Source: Mobula hypostoma
Taxonomy: Eukaryota
Length of the DNA: 64,000 nucleotides
Assembly (NCBI RefSeq): GCF_963921235.1
Contig: NC_086097.1
Span: forward strand, 140,432,001-140,496,000
Reading direction: 5' to 3'
Below the pieces are notes generated by a model. It made no database searches. It was given only the letters and a program-made list of their open reading frames with translations, and was not told where the DNA came from. The number at the start of each line of letters is the position of its first letter. Within the stretch, counting starts at the first letter, position 1. A program made the position numbers and the translations under genes. Shown one piece after another: positions 51,680 through 64,000 of the stretch.

Positions 51680-53000
51680 TTGGAAATAGTTTATTATTGT
51701 CACATGTAGATACAGTGAAAAGCTTGACTTGAATATTGTTCATACAGATCAATTCGTTACACAGTGTATTGAGGTAGAACAAGGCAAAACAAATGATAAA
51801 GTGTAACAGCTACAGAGAAAGTGCAGTACGGGAAAACAATAATGTGCAAGAGCCTAACAAGTTATAATATAATGCCAAGAGTCCACCTTATCATACTAGG
51901 GAACCATTTAATAGTCTATGACAACAGGGTAGAAGTGATCCTTGAGCCTGGTGGAACATGCTTACAGACTTCTGTATTTTCTGCCTGTCGGGAGGGGAGA
52001 GAAGAGAGAATGACTGGGGTGGGTGGGGTCCTTTGTTATGCTGGTTTCCTACACTGAGCCAGCAAGAAGTATAGACAAAGTGCACAAAGCGGAGGTTGGT
52101 GTCCATGATATGCTAAGATGCGTCCACAACTCTACAGTTTCCTGTAGTCACATGCGGAGCAGTTGCAATACCAAAGGGGACATGTCAAATTTCTTCAGCC
52201 TCCTGAGGAAATACAGGTGTCAGCGAGCTTTTTTTACTGAGGCATCAACATGTTTGGACCAAGACGGGCTGTCAGCAATTTTCACTTCAACCATCTTGAA
52301 ACCCTCAACTTCCATTCCAATGTAAATAGGAGTATGTGCACAGCCCACCCATTTCCTGAAATCAATAACCAGCTCTTTTGTTTTGTTGTCATTGAGTGAA
52401 AGGTTGTTGCCTTGACATCATATTCTACAATCTCTCCTTCCTATATTCTGAGGATCTTGTTCAGGTTGGCAAGTTATGACTAGTGGGATATTACAGGAAT
52501 TGATGCTGGATTAGTTTACTGATGATTCCAAACTAGATGGGATTGGGAGTAGGAGTACAGAGGAGGATGTAAACAGCCTTTAGTGAGATACAATCAGGCT
52601 GAGTGAGTAGAGAGGAATATACTGAAAAGTGAGGTCATCCACTTAGGAATACACTGTCCTGAAATGGTTTCTTTGGAACATGGATACTTAAAAAGAGATA
52701 AAATTATGAGGAGCCAAGATAAATAGGAGGAACCTCTTTTCATTATCCGGTTTTTAAAAATATGATGGCATAAATTTACAGTAATTAATAGAAGGATTAG
52801 GGAGGAGATGGGGAGATGCTATTTCATACAGAGGATGCATGGAATTCACTACCAGAAAGATGAGAGAGACAGGAAAGCTCAGTATCTTTGAACAGAAATT
52901 GAGGAGCTGTGACCCACAGAAATGGAAGATGGAACCAGATAATTACACCGGTTCTACAGAATGGACCAAATCACCTCCCTCTTCCTCATATTTTCTTTCA
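51680..53000. mobile_element. Decayed Rex1-like (minus, ~51680-52450) and CR1 (plus, ~52455-53000) fragments
   Basis: Similar to 48005-48460 and 30615-31125; FTDDSKL remnant at ~52515. Confidence 0.55.
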
Positions 53001-53671
53001 TTCCATGATACAACTTAATAACAATGTTATTGTCTGCTCCAGAAAAAAAATTGAAGAGTAGAGAGCACTTTTGTTAATATCTACAGGAATTTTACATGTG
53101 AGGTATTGAGCACAAAGAGTTCTGTACAAATAGCACTGTATAGTTAATTATTATTTTTATTGTGACTGTATAAACTGAAGAGAGGGAAACAAAACTGAGC
53201 TAGAGACAGAACTAACTTTAATAGTTCAATGATTAACTATCTTAACTCTACTATATTTACAGAAAAACTGCTATTTCACTAGAGATCAAAAATCAAGATG
53301 AATGCAGTTTTTACTTAGAATACCAATAGATTAAAACATTATGACCAATTTGTCAGTCCTGTCTAAACATTCGTTATGTATTTCTAGAAATTAAACTATT
53401 CAGGATCAATCATCCTTTTTTTAAAAATGGAGTAGTGTTAATTAGAAATAATCTCATTCTGCAATATAGAAAACAATTGATTTTGAAAATATTCATCATT
53501 GCTGTTCTTCACCATGAACCACAATAAAAGTAATCTAGATAAAAATTCTGAACTATGATGTCACTACAAGCAGCTGGGAAATTGAGCAACTATCGTTAGG
53601 TATAGACAACATACATATATTCTGCTGTACAGCACAGTCATTGATAGGTTATTGAAGACTGGGATACTCAC

Positions 53672-53801
53672 TGGAAGTTGGCAACTTGTACACACACAGG
53701 AAGATGGGGAAGCTGTGCAACCCATTTCAGAGTAACGTCCTGATATACAAGTAGCTTGTTATTATGGTTTCCAATCAGAATGTTTATTGTTCCTTCCAAC
53801 A
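53672..53801 (-). CDS. BBS9: BBS9/PTHB1 internal coding exon (130 nt), most 5' exon in window
   Basis: Minus strand ccttgtag|TGTTGGAAGG...AACTTCCA|gtgagt. Encodes LEGTINILIGNHNNKLLVYQDVTLKWVAQLPHLPVCVQVANFQ, resembling recalled BBS9 EGTINTLIGNHNNMLHIYQDVTLKWATQLPHIPV. Its phase-2 end joins the next exon in frame. Confidence 0.95.
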
Positions 53802-55074
53802 CTACAAGGTAAACAACGGAAGAAATAAATTACTTGTTTCCTCAACCAAATAAACATCATACAGAATGTATTTCACATTCCTGCTTTAGTTCACTGATGA
53901 TCATAACAATTTACACAAGACAATACAAAGGTTACAACATTTTGCACTTTAAAAATTGAAACAAAATCCTTCAAAAGTATGAAGTTTGAATCAATTTCTC
54001 AACATACTGCAAACCAGTTGTAATTTCCTCATTTCCTTACTAATCTTTCAAAGAATATTTTTGGTATTTTAAATGAGAGTTCTTGCCAGATTCTAAGTAT
54101 ACAACATTTATATGCAGTCTGATATTGTATATACAAAACAATTGCACAATACCTTTACAGCTATTATGACAAAAGATGACAAAGTAATTTGGCCTGGTAA
54201 GTCCTCCAGGCAAAAAAAAGAAACATTTACATTTGAACCATTTTTTAACCACCATCCCAATACAGTACCAAGATTCTGAGGTACACAAGGTTCCAAACAG
54301 AGACATTTCTTCAATGGAACATAAATCAAATAACTAAAAGACATCCAAGAACGTTAGAATAGGGACAACAATGAGTGCCATGAAGGTAGAATATGGCCAA
54401 ATACAACAAACCTTATTGTGAAGAAATAAAATAAATGCAAATGTTAAAGTAGTAAGTCCTAAAATGCTACAGCAACAAATGCATCTTCACTAGTCACCGG
54501 ACTGGCCTTTCATTTTTTCCCCTGATTCAGTACACAGTGGAGAACAGGGTTGCCACCTTGTGGATATGATGAAGAATTGAAATCTACTGTGTTCATAATG
54601 CCTTATATAAACACTGATGACTGCAGTTAAATGATCGCAACGTGCTTTGGGACTTTCTGATGATATGCAAGGTGTTACACAAGCTCAAGTACTCTCTGGC
54701 TGTCACTCGATGTCATAATCTACTTCATTATGGCCTTGCTGTAACCGTAATACTTTATTCTGCATTCTGTTATTGTTTTCCCTTGTACTACCTCAATGCA
54801 TTGATGTGATGAAATGATCTGTACATAGTATTCAAAACAAAAGTTTTCTCTGTACCTTGATACATTGAGAATAATAAACTAATTTACAATAATCTCCATC
54901 CAGCTATGCTACCACATACCCCAAGATTGTGGCACAACTCTCCACATCTCACTCCACTTTACTAAAAACCTTTCCAAGAGCCATCAGAGCTTTGCCTCAC
55001 CACTTGCAGATCACCCTACAATGTTAACATCATAGTGTACTTCGCTTTAGAACATAAGGGGAATCTGAGAGAAT

Positions 55075-58000
55075 TGCACAAAGCCGAAGAGACAGACGTC
55101 AGGCAGAGCCGTGGGAGTAGGGGACTCCATAGTGAGAGATACAGAAAGGGGTTTCTGTGGCAACAGGCGAGATTTAAGGATGGTGTGTTGCCTCCCTGGT
55201 GCCGGGATCCAGGATGTCATGGACCGATTGCAGGGAATCCTCAAGAGTGAAGGTGAACATTCGGAAGTGGTGGTGCATGTTGGCACAAATGACGTGGGGA
55301 AGAAGTAGAAAGACATTCTACAGCGTGACTTCAGAGAACTCGGAAGAAGGCTGAAAAGCAGGACTTCCAGGGTGGTTATCTCCGGTTTGCTTCCAGTTCC
55401 TCGTGCTGGAGTGGGCAAGAACAGGGAGATAATGGATCTGAATGTGTGGCTGAGGAACTGGTGCAGGAAGCAAGGATTTACATTCTTGGACCACTGGGGT
55501 ATGTTTCGGGGTAATGATGAATTGTACAAAAGGGACGGGTTGCACCTTAATAAGCGGGGCACCAGCATTCTGGCAGGCAGGTTCACCTCTGCAACACGGG
55601 TGTGTTTAAACTAAGTAGTCTGGGGGAAGGGATGAACTGGAAATATAAGGATGGAGATAAAGGGAAAGTGAGAATAAGAAAAGTTAAGAATGACAGCAGA
55701 ATCAACAGAGCAGAAAGCTCAAGAAGGGATCGTACAGTATGGCCAAGTGAAATAGGAATTGATATGGGAGGTGAGGGCAGTAATGAATTAAAAGTATTGT
55801 ATATAAATGCATGGAGTATAAGAAATAAATTAGATGAGCTTGAGGCACAGTTGGAAATTGGTAAGTATGATGTGGGAATAACAGAGACATGGCTTCAAGT
55901 GGACAGGGCCTGGGAAATGAATATTCAAGGGTATACGTCCTATCGAAAGGACAGACTGATGGGCAGAGGGGGTGGGGTGGCTCTGTTGGTGAGGAATGAT
56001 ATTCAGTCCCTTGGGAGGGGGGACATAGAATCAGGAGATGTAGAGTCAGTATGGATAGAACTGAGAAATTCTAAGGGTAGAAAGACCCTAATGGGAGTTA
56101 TCTACAGGCCCCCAAACAGTAGTCTGGATGTAGGGTGTAAGTTGAATCAAGAGTTAAAATTGGCATGTTGCAAAGGTAATGCTACAGTTGTTATGGGGGA
56201 TTTCAACATGCAGGTAGACTGGAGGAATCAGGTTGGTACTGGACCCCAAGAAAGGGAGTTTGTGGAGTCCCTCTGAAATGGATTCTTAGAACAGCTTGTA
56301 CTGCAGCCTACCAGAGAGAACGCAATTCTAGATTTAGTGTTGTGCAATGAACCGGATTTGATCAGGGACCTCCAGGAGCCATTAGGAGATAGTGACCATA
56401 ACATGTTAAGTTTTAATCTACAATTTGAGAGAGAGAAGGGAAACTCGGAAGTGTCAGTATTACAGTTGAACAAAGGGAACTATGGTGCTATGAGGGAGGA
56501 GCTGGCCAAAGTTCAATGGAACAATGCCCTAGCAGGAATGGCAGTGGAACAGCAATGGCAAGTGTTTCTGGGAATAATGTGGAAGGTGCAGGATCAGTTC
56601 ATTCCAAAGAGGAAGAAAGATCCTAAGGGAAGTAAGGGGAGGCCGTGGCTGACAAGGGAAGTAAAGGACAGTATAATGGACAGTATTAAAATAAAAGAGA
56701 AGTATAACATAGCAAAGATGAGTGGGAAGCCAGAGGATTGGGAAACTTTTAAAGAGCAACAGAAGGTAACTAAAAAGGCAAAACGCGGAGAAAAAATGAG
56801 GTACGAAGGTAAACTAGCCAAGAATATAAAGGAGGATAGTAAAAGTTTCTTTAGGTATGTGAAAAAGAAAAAAAATAGTTCAGACCAAAATTGGGCCCTT
56901 GAAGACAGAAACGGGTGAATTTATTATGGGGAACAAGGAAATGGCAGACGAGTTGAACAGGTTCTTCACTTGGGAAGACACAAACAATCTTCCAGATATA
57001 ATAGTGGTCAAAGGACCTAGGGTAATGGATGAACTGAAGGAAATTTATATTCGGCAGGAAATGGTGTTGGATAGACCATTGGGTCTGAAAGCTGATAAGT
57101 CCCCAGGACCTGATGGTCTGCATCCCAGGGTACTTAAGGAGGTGGCTTTAGAAATTGTGGATGCATTAGTAATCATTTTCCAATGTTCTATAGATTCAGG
57201 ATCAGTTCCTGTGGATTGGAGGGTGGCTATGTTGTCCCTCTCTTCAAGAAGGGAGGAAGAGAGAAAACAGGGAATTATAGATGGGTTAGCTTGACGTCAG
57301 AGGTGGGAAAGATGCTGGAGTCAATTATAAAAGATGAAATTATGACACATCTGGATAGCAGTAACAGGATCGGTCCGAGTCAGCATGGATTTACGAAGGG
57401 GAAATCATGCTTGACTAATCTTCTGGAACTTTTTGAGGATGTAACTATGAAAATGGACGAAGGAGAGCCAGTGGATGTAGTGTACCTGGACTTTCAGAAA
57501 GCCTTTGATAAAAGTCCCACATAGGAGATTAGTGGGCAAAATTAGGGCACATGGTATTGGGGGCAGAGTACTGACATGGATTGAAAATTGGCTGGCTGAC
57601 AGAAAACAAAGAGTAGCGATTAACGGGTCCCTTTCGGAATGGCAAGCAGTGACCGGTGGGATACCGCAGCTGCTTACAATATATATTAATGATTTAGATG
57701 AGGGAATTAAAAGTAACATTAGCAAATTTGCCGATGACACAAAGCTGGGTGGCAGCGTGAAATGTGGGGAGGATGTTATGAGAATGCAGAGTGACTTGGA
57801 CAGGCTGGGTGAGTGGGCAGATGCAGTTTAATGTGGACAAATGTGAGGTCATCCACTTTGGTGGTAAGAACAGGAAGGCAGACTATTATCTAAATGGAGT
57901 CAAGTTAGGAAAAGGGCAACGAGATCTAGGTGTTCTTGTACATCAGTCACTGAAAGCAAGCATGCAAGTACAGCAGGCTGTGAAGAAAGCTAATGGCATG

Positions 58001-58633
58001 TTGGCCTTCATAACAAGGGGAACTGAGTATAAGAGCAAAGAGGTCCTTCTGCAGTGTACAGGGCCCTGGTGAGACCACACCTGGAGTACTGTGTGCAGTT
58101 TTGGTCTCCAAATTTGAAGAAGGACATTCTTGCTATTAAGGGAGTGCAGCGTAGGTTCACAAGGTTAATTCCCGGGATGGCGGGACTGTCATATGTTGAA
58201 AGATTGGAGCAACTGGGCTTGTATACTCTGGAATTTAGAAGGCTGAGAGGGGACCTTATTGAAACATATAAGATTATTAAGGGACTGGACACACTGCGGG
58301 CAGGAAGCATGTTCCCGCTGATGGGTGAGTCCAGAACCAGAGGCCACAGTTTAAGAATAAGGGGTAGGCCATTTAGAACGGATTTGAGGAAAAACTTTTT
58401 CACCCAGGGAGTGGTGGATATATGGAGTGCTCTGCCCCAGAAGGTTGTGGAGGCCAAGTTTCTGTATGCTTTCAAGACAGAGATGGATAGAGCTCTTAAA
58501 GATAGCAGAATCAAAGGTTATGGGGATAAGGCAGGAAATGGATACTGATTGTGGATGATCAGCCATGATCACAGTGAATGGCGGTGCTGGCTCGAAAGGC
58601 CGAATGGCCTACTCCTGCACCTATTGTCTATTG
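55075..58633 (+). mobile_element. CR1 LINE with SGNH/GDSL-esterase ORF1 remnant and APE-RT ORF2, frameshifted
   Basis: ORF1: VGDSIVR, CLPGA, VHVGTND, DGLHLN. ORF2: GITETW, IYRPP, MGDFN, SDH, YLDFQKAFD, FADDTKL, RPHLEYCVQFWSP. Tail cctattgtctattg. Confidence 0.95.
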
Positions 58634-58731
58634 CAGCCATCCCCAACCACCGGGCCGCGGACCGGTACTGGGCCGCAAAGCATGTGCTACCGGGCCGCGA
58701 GGAAACGATATGATTTGGCGATAGGAGTCAG

Positions 58732-58852
58732 CTGCACCTTTCCGCATTCCTGGACTTATTTCCTGGCATAATTTACATATTACTATTTAATTATTTATGG
58801 TGCAACTGTAACAAAAACCAATTCCCCCCGGGATCAATAAAGTATGACTATG
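58732..58852 (+). mobile_element. Short LINE 3' end inserted in the hAT element
   Basis: Ends gggatcaataaagtatgactatga; flanked by attcc repeats. Confidence 0.55.
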
Positions 58853-59063
58853 AAATTCCCTGTCACGCCCACTGTTGAGCTTGAATGCACGCGAGGTCAT
58901 TATGCACGTGTCATCCATGTCAGCGCGGGAAGGAGATCAATGATGGCGGGCTGAAAAGCATGTTTGACATAACATCTCTGCCGGCATTCTGGATCAAAGT
59001 CAAGGCTAAATATCCTGAGATAGCCATGAAAGCACTGAAAACATTGCTTCCATTTCCAACATA

Positions 59064-59893
59064 CGTTACGTACCCCGTAACTGGGTTGCCAAACCAGCAG
59101 AAATGGACCACTTAGTTGGAGTCTGGTTTAACAGAAACTAATAAAGTTTTATTAAAGAAATAAGTAACACAGTACTCTGATCGTAAGGATATAAATGGAA
59201 CAGGTTAGCAATGATAAAATGCACATGTACACAGAACTAGGGTAATAGGAATCAACCAAGCTCTATCGCAGTCTAGGGGTAAAATGATCAGTCTTAAGTG
59301 ACGCAGAGTTCAGTTCAGCTTAGTACAGTTCGCAGTAATCGCTGTTGTGCCGTTGGAGAGAGAGAGAGAGAGAATGCAAATTTTGATTCAAACAGACCTT
59401 TGATGTTCTTCGCAGTTAGCTTTTGGGTGGATCCTTTTTATGTCTTCTGTGGTCACCGACTGTGACCCCTCCATTCCGGATACAACCATTTTTCCGCGGT
59501 GAACCCGGCACCCAGGCAAGGGCGGACACACACACCAGGTTCCTGCCAATCGTACCTTTTCACCCTGTGCATCTATGGTCGGTTCCCGCGACCAGACCTC
59601 CAAACTCCCACCAACTTGTGGGGGCACACCGTTCTTCCAGGGTCTCGTTATCTTGTGGTGTGTGTCGTGCCTTAGCGAACCTGTTCTTTTTATCCCCCTG
59701 CTGGGGTATCGCCTGTCCATCAAACTTCAAACAGTTCAGGTTCAAAGCAACCGGTCTGTCAATATTCTGAAATGTGTTTCTTTCTCGTTAATCTCTCTCT
59801 TCTCTCTTATTAGCATTTTGAATGTTTCTCCATTGTCTCACTTATCTCTCTCTCATTAGCATCAATCTTCTGATAACTTGGTTTTTCGTCACA
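59064..59893 (-). mobile_element. Solo LTR (830 bp), Gypsy-like
   Basis: 4-bp TSD cata (59060-63, 59894-97). Minus strand TGTGACG...CGTAACG termini with AATAAA near its 3' end. It interrupts the hAT transposase remnant. Confidence 0.82.
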
Positions 59894-60767
59894 CATATCT
59901 CTGCAATGAATGCAATGAAAACTAAATTGCGGAATAGACTGGACATAAGGAACCCCGTTCGAGTATCTGTCTCCCATCACCCTTCGATGGGACCGTCTTG
60001 TTGCAGGGAAACAAGCCCAGGGCTCCCACTGATTCAACGATATTGGTCTGTTGCAATGATTTTATATGTTCATACGGAGAAAATATGTGCTGTATGTTTA
60101 ATATCCAAATGTTACTTAAAATGTTTTGATGTTATTGACTTATATAACTATATAACAATTGCAGCACGGAAACAGGCAATCTCTGCCCTTCTTGTCCGTG
60201 CGGAACGCTACTCTCACCTAGTCCCACTGACCTGCACTCAGCCCATAACCCTCCATTCCTTTCCTGTCTAGATACCTATCCAATTTTTCTTTAAATGATA
60301 ATACCGAACCTGCCTCTACCACTTCTACTGGAAGTTCATTCAACACTTACTTCAAGCTCCCCATCCTCCCCTGATGATTGACTTATCACTATATTCATGC
60401 GAGGAAAATATGCGCTGTGTGTTTAATATTAAATTTGTTAGATAAACCCTTTCAGAAACGAAATTGAATGTATTAGCTACTTATCACCTATATTGCGTTC
60501 GTGATTAACACACTCACAGCAGAATCGCCAAAAACGATTTGTGGAAAAAATTGGCACATACACGCATGCGCTAATTACACATGTGCACTGGTGCCCACGC
60601 AAGGCTTCATGGTCATTGTAGTCTTTCTCGGGGTAAACTCAATGTATTTGACTGCCACTCTTGTTCATTGGCAACCCTACCCCCCCCCCACCCGGTCGGC
60701 CGGTCATATTGTCAATATAAAACCGGTCCGCAGTGTGATAAAGGTTGGGGACCCCTGGTCAATTGTC

Positions 60768-61475
60768 TATGTTCATATGGGGAAAATATGTGCTGTGTGT
60801 TTAATATCCAAACGTTACCTAAAATGTTATGATGCTAATGACGTATATAACCGTATAACAATTACAGCACAGAAACAGGCCATCTCGGCCCTTCTAATCC
60901 GTGCCAAACACTGACTCTCACCTAGTCCCACCGACCTGCACTCAGCCCATAACCCTCCATTCCTTTCCTATCCATATACCTATCCAATTTTTCTTTAAAT
61001 GTTAATACCGAACCTGCCTCTGCCACTTCTACTGGAAGTTTGTTCAACATTTACTTCAAGCTCCCCTGTCCTCCCGATAATTGACTTATCACTATATTCA
61101 TGTGAGGAAAATATGCGCTGTGTGTTTAATATTAAATTCGTTAGCTAAACCCTTTTAGAAATGAAATTGAGTGTATTAGCCACTTATCACCTATATTCCG
61201 GTCGTGATTAACCCCCCCACCACCGAACAGAATCGCCAAAAACGATTTGCAGAAAAAAAAAATCAGCAGGTACACACATGCGCACTGGTGCCCGTGCAAG
61301 GCTTCATGGTCATTGTAGTCTTTGTAGTCTTTCTCTGGGCAAACACAACGTATTTGACTGCTACTCTTGTCCGTTGGCAACCCTACGCCCCCCCCCCCAC
61401 CCTGGGTCAGCCGGTCCGCAAGAATATTGTCAATATTAAACTGGTCCGCAGTGCAAAAAAGGTTAGGGACCCCTG
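60768..61475 (+). mobile_element. Second copy of the same hAT element, 3' part only
   Basis: Co-linear with 60065-60757 but diverged; ends ggttagggacccctg. Confidence 0.88.
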
Positions 61476-61479
61476 GTCT

Positions 61480-63165
61480 AGGGTGGCTATCCCCGTCACT
61501 GATAACAGCACCACGACATTACTCTCACCCCTCGCACAGTGCTGGGACAGCTACAGCAAATCAAGGCTTTTTACCCAGTAGATGTAAGGTCAGTCAATGC
61601 CAGTGTAAACACAGCAAAAACAGCCAGCACTCCTGAGAATCACAAAGAGAAACACAGACAGCTGGACACATGCAAACGTGAGTCATGGGACCCTCCAGCG
61701 TCTGTTGATCACCTGACTCCAGACCAGCAGGAACAGGTGAGACAGATGCTGCAAGAAGAGTGTGCTGCATTTTCAAAAGACGAGAGTGATGTGGGATGCA
61801 TTCCGTCTTTGCAGTTAAAAATCAGACTGAGCGACACAACTCCTGTAAGGTGCACCTACACTTCTGTACCCAAACCACTCCACAGGGAGGTGAAGGAGTA
61901 TGTGGAGGACCTACTGTGTAGAGGATGGATTCAAAAATCCCGGTCCCCATACTCATCACCAATAGTCTGCGTCCGTAAGAAGGATGGGAGTTTACGTCTG
62001 TGCGTGGATTACCGTGAGCTGAACCGAAAATCCATCCCTGACCGTCACCCCATCCCTTCAGTGCAAGATATCTTGAACAGCCTGAGTGGGAGTGTATGGT
62101 TCTCGGTACTGGATCAGGACAAAGCGTACCATCAGGGTTTCCTGGAGGAGAGTAGCAGGCCACTTACAGCCTTTATAACACCTTGGGGCTTATACGAGTG
62201 GGTAAGGATCCCCTTCGGCCTGTCCTCGGCCCCAGCATAGTTCCAGCGCAGTATGGAGGAGTGCCTCGTGGGTTTGAGAGATGAAACATGTCAGCCGTAT
62301 TTGGATGACAATCTTGTCCACAGCCAGTCTTTTGAAGACCATGTGCGGGATATGAGAGAGGTGTTACGTCGCTACCAAGCACATGGGGTAAAACTGACAG
62401 CTAGAAAGTGTGAAGTGTTTAAAGACAAAGTGAAATTCCTGGGTAAGATTCTATCCAAAGATGGCTACTGCATGGATCCTGCTGAGATAGCACCAGTACA
62501 AGCACTCAAAGACCGCAGACCTGAGACTGTGGGAGACCTGAGGAAAATGGTAGGGTTCCTATCGTACTACCGCCCATATACCCCAAACTTCTCACACATT
62601 GCCAAGCCGCTGTACAGTCTGTTATCCACCGAGAAGACCCCAGGAAGTAAGGTCCAAGGATCAAGTGCAAGTAGGAGCAGGGGGAAACCCAAAGAGTCAG
62701 ACCAGCTACCCTCAAGCCAACCGATCACCTGGACTGAAAAACACCAGGAAGTGCCCTGCCAGCTGTTAGAGTACCTGCTGCGCCCACCACTCCTAGGTTA
62801 CCCCGACTTTGAGAAGCCGTTTGTGTTGCATCGTGATGCCTCACAGGAGGGGCTGGGTGCAGTACTGTACCAGAGACAACGAGGCAAGCTGGTCGTCATA
62901 GGTTATGGGTCGAGAACACTAACTGAACCAGAAAATTACCACCTCCATTCTGGAAAGTTAGAATTTTTGGCAATAAAGTGGGCCATTTGTGAAAGATTTC
63001 GTATGTATATTATGCACCCTCTCATTCACTGTCTACACCAATAATAATCCCTTAACCTATGTTTTGACCACAGCGAAGCTGAATGCCACAACACACCAGT
63101 GGATTGCGAGGTTAGCTGACTTTAATTTCTCAATCAAGTATCAGCCTGGGAAAGTTAATGGAGAC
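61480..63165 (+). mobile_element. Ty3/Gypsy pol fragment (RT + RNase H), defective
   Basis: SPYSSPIVCVRKKDGSLRLCVDYRELN, TAFITPWGLYEW, PFGL, YLDD, DASQEGLGAVLYQ, KLEFLAIKWAI. In-frame TAG at 62238-40 and a frameshift near 63000; cut off by a CR1. Confidence 0.93.
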
Positions 63166-64000
63166 ACAGAAATTGGCAGGAAACAGAGAGTGGGAATAAA
63201 GGGATCCTATTCTGGTTGGCTGCTGGTTGCCAGTGGTGTTCCACAGGGGTCTGTGTTGGGGCCGCTTCTTTTTACATTGTTCATCAACTATTTGGATTAT
63301 GGAATAGATGGCTTTGTGGCTAAGTTTGCTGACAATACGAAGATAGGTGGAGGGGCCAGTAGTGCTGAGGAAACGGAGTCTGTAGAGAGACTTGGATAGA
63401 TTGGAAGAATGGGCAAAGAAGTGGCAAATGAAATACACTGTTGGAAACTGTATGGTTATGCACTTTGGCAGAAGAAATAAATGGGCAGACTATTATTTAA
63501 ATGGGGAGAGAATTCAAAGTTCTGAGATGCAACGGGACTTGGGAGTCCTCATACAGGATACCCTTAAGGTTAACCTCCAGGTTGAGTCGGTGGTGAAGGC
63601 GGCGAATGCAATGTTGGCATTCATTTCTAGAAGAATGGAGTATAGGAGCAGGGATGTGATGTAGAGGCTCTCTAAGGTGCTGGTGAGACCTCACTTGGAG
63701 TACTGTGGGCAGTTTTGATCTCCTTATTTAAGAAAGGATGTGCTGACGTTGGAGAGGGTACAGAGAAGATTCACTAGAATGATTCCGGGAATGAGAGGGT
63801 TAACATATGAGGAACATTTGTCTGCTCTTGGACTGTATTCCTTGGAGTTTAGAAGAATGAGGGGAGACTTCATAGAAAGATTTCGAATGTTGAAAGGCAT
63901 GGACAGAGTGGATGTGGCAAAGTTGTTTCCCATGATGGGGGAGTCCAGTACGAGAGGGCATGACTTAAGGATTGAAGGGCGCCCATTCAGCACAGAAATG
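63166..64000 (+). mobile_element. CR1 LINE RT/3' fragment running off the window
   Basis: GVPQGSVLGPLLFTLFIN, FADNTKIGG, WQMKY, LVRPHLEYC. Confidence 0.92.

Larger units (their letters stand above)
58634..60757 (+). mobile_element. Non-autonomous hAT (Charlie-like) transposon with nested inserts
   Basis: TIRs cagccatccccaacc / ggttggggacccctg (12/15). 8-bp TSD gtctattg / gtcaattg (7/8). Dimerisation-domain remnant FWIKVKAKYPEIAMKALKTLLPFPT...KTKLRNRLD. Confidence 0.88.

Noticed and set aside
58008..58514. Long antisense ORFs over CR1 and L1 (also 55047-55586, 47571-47885)
   Set aside because: Shadow frames of retroelement coding sequence.
53802..64000. The next upstream BBS9 exon
   Set aside because: No matching exon was seen. 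The region is almost entirely transposon-derived, so the exon presumably lies beyond the window.

Overview
Eukaryotic, repeat-rich vertebrate genomic DNA, most likely a cartilaginous fish (inferred from the repeat families, not verified). The only host gene I can support is the middle of BBS9/PTHB1 on the minus strand. It has eight internal coding exons (53672-53801, 36529-36710, 27596-27672, 26937-26987, 24482-24584, 23558-23662, a 15-nt microexon at 13642-13656, and 250-390) that splice in frame with GT-AG boundaries. The introns hold many transposable elements: a near-intact 6-kb L1-clade LINE with a 19-bp target-site duplication (TSD), CR1, Rex1/Babar-like and RTE LINEs, an IR/DR Tc1 element, a Chapaev3-like relic, a nested CR1/hAT/solo-LTR/Gypsy cluster, and several Penelope-like remnants carrying hammerhead-ribozyme motifs. 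The most interesting items are the short hammerhead-bearing Penelope-derived inserts (one is a 165-bp fold-back inside the young L1) and the BBS9 microexon. I found no convincing wholly new gene system. Boundaries of decayed repeats are approximate, and family names and human comparisons are from recall, not from searches.
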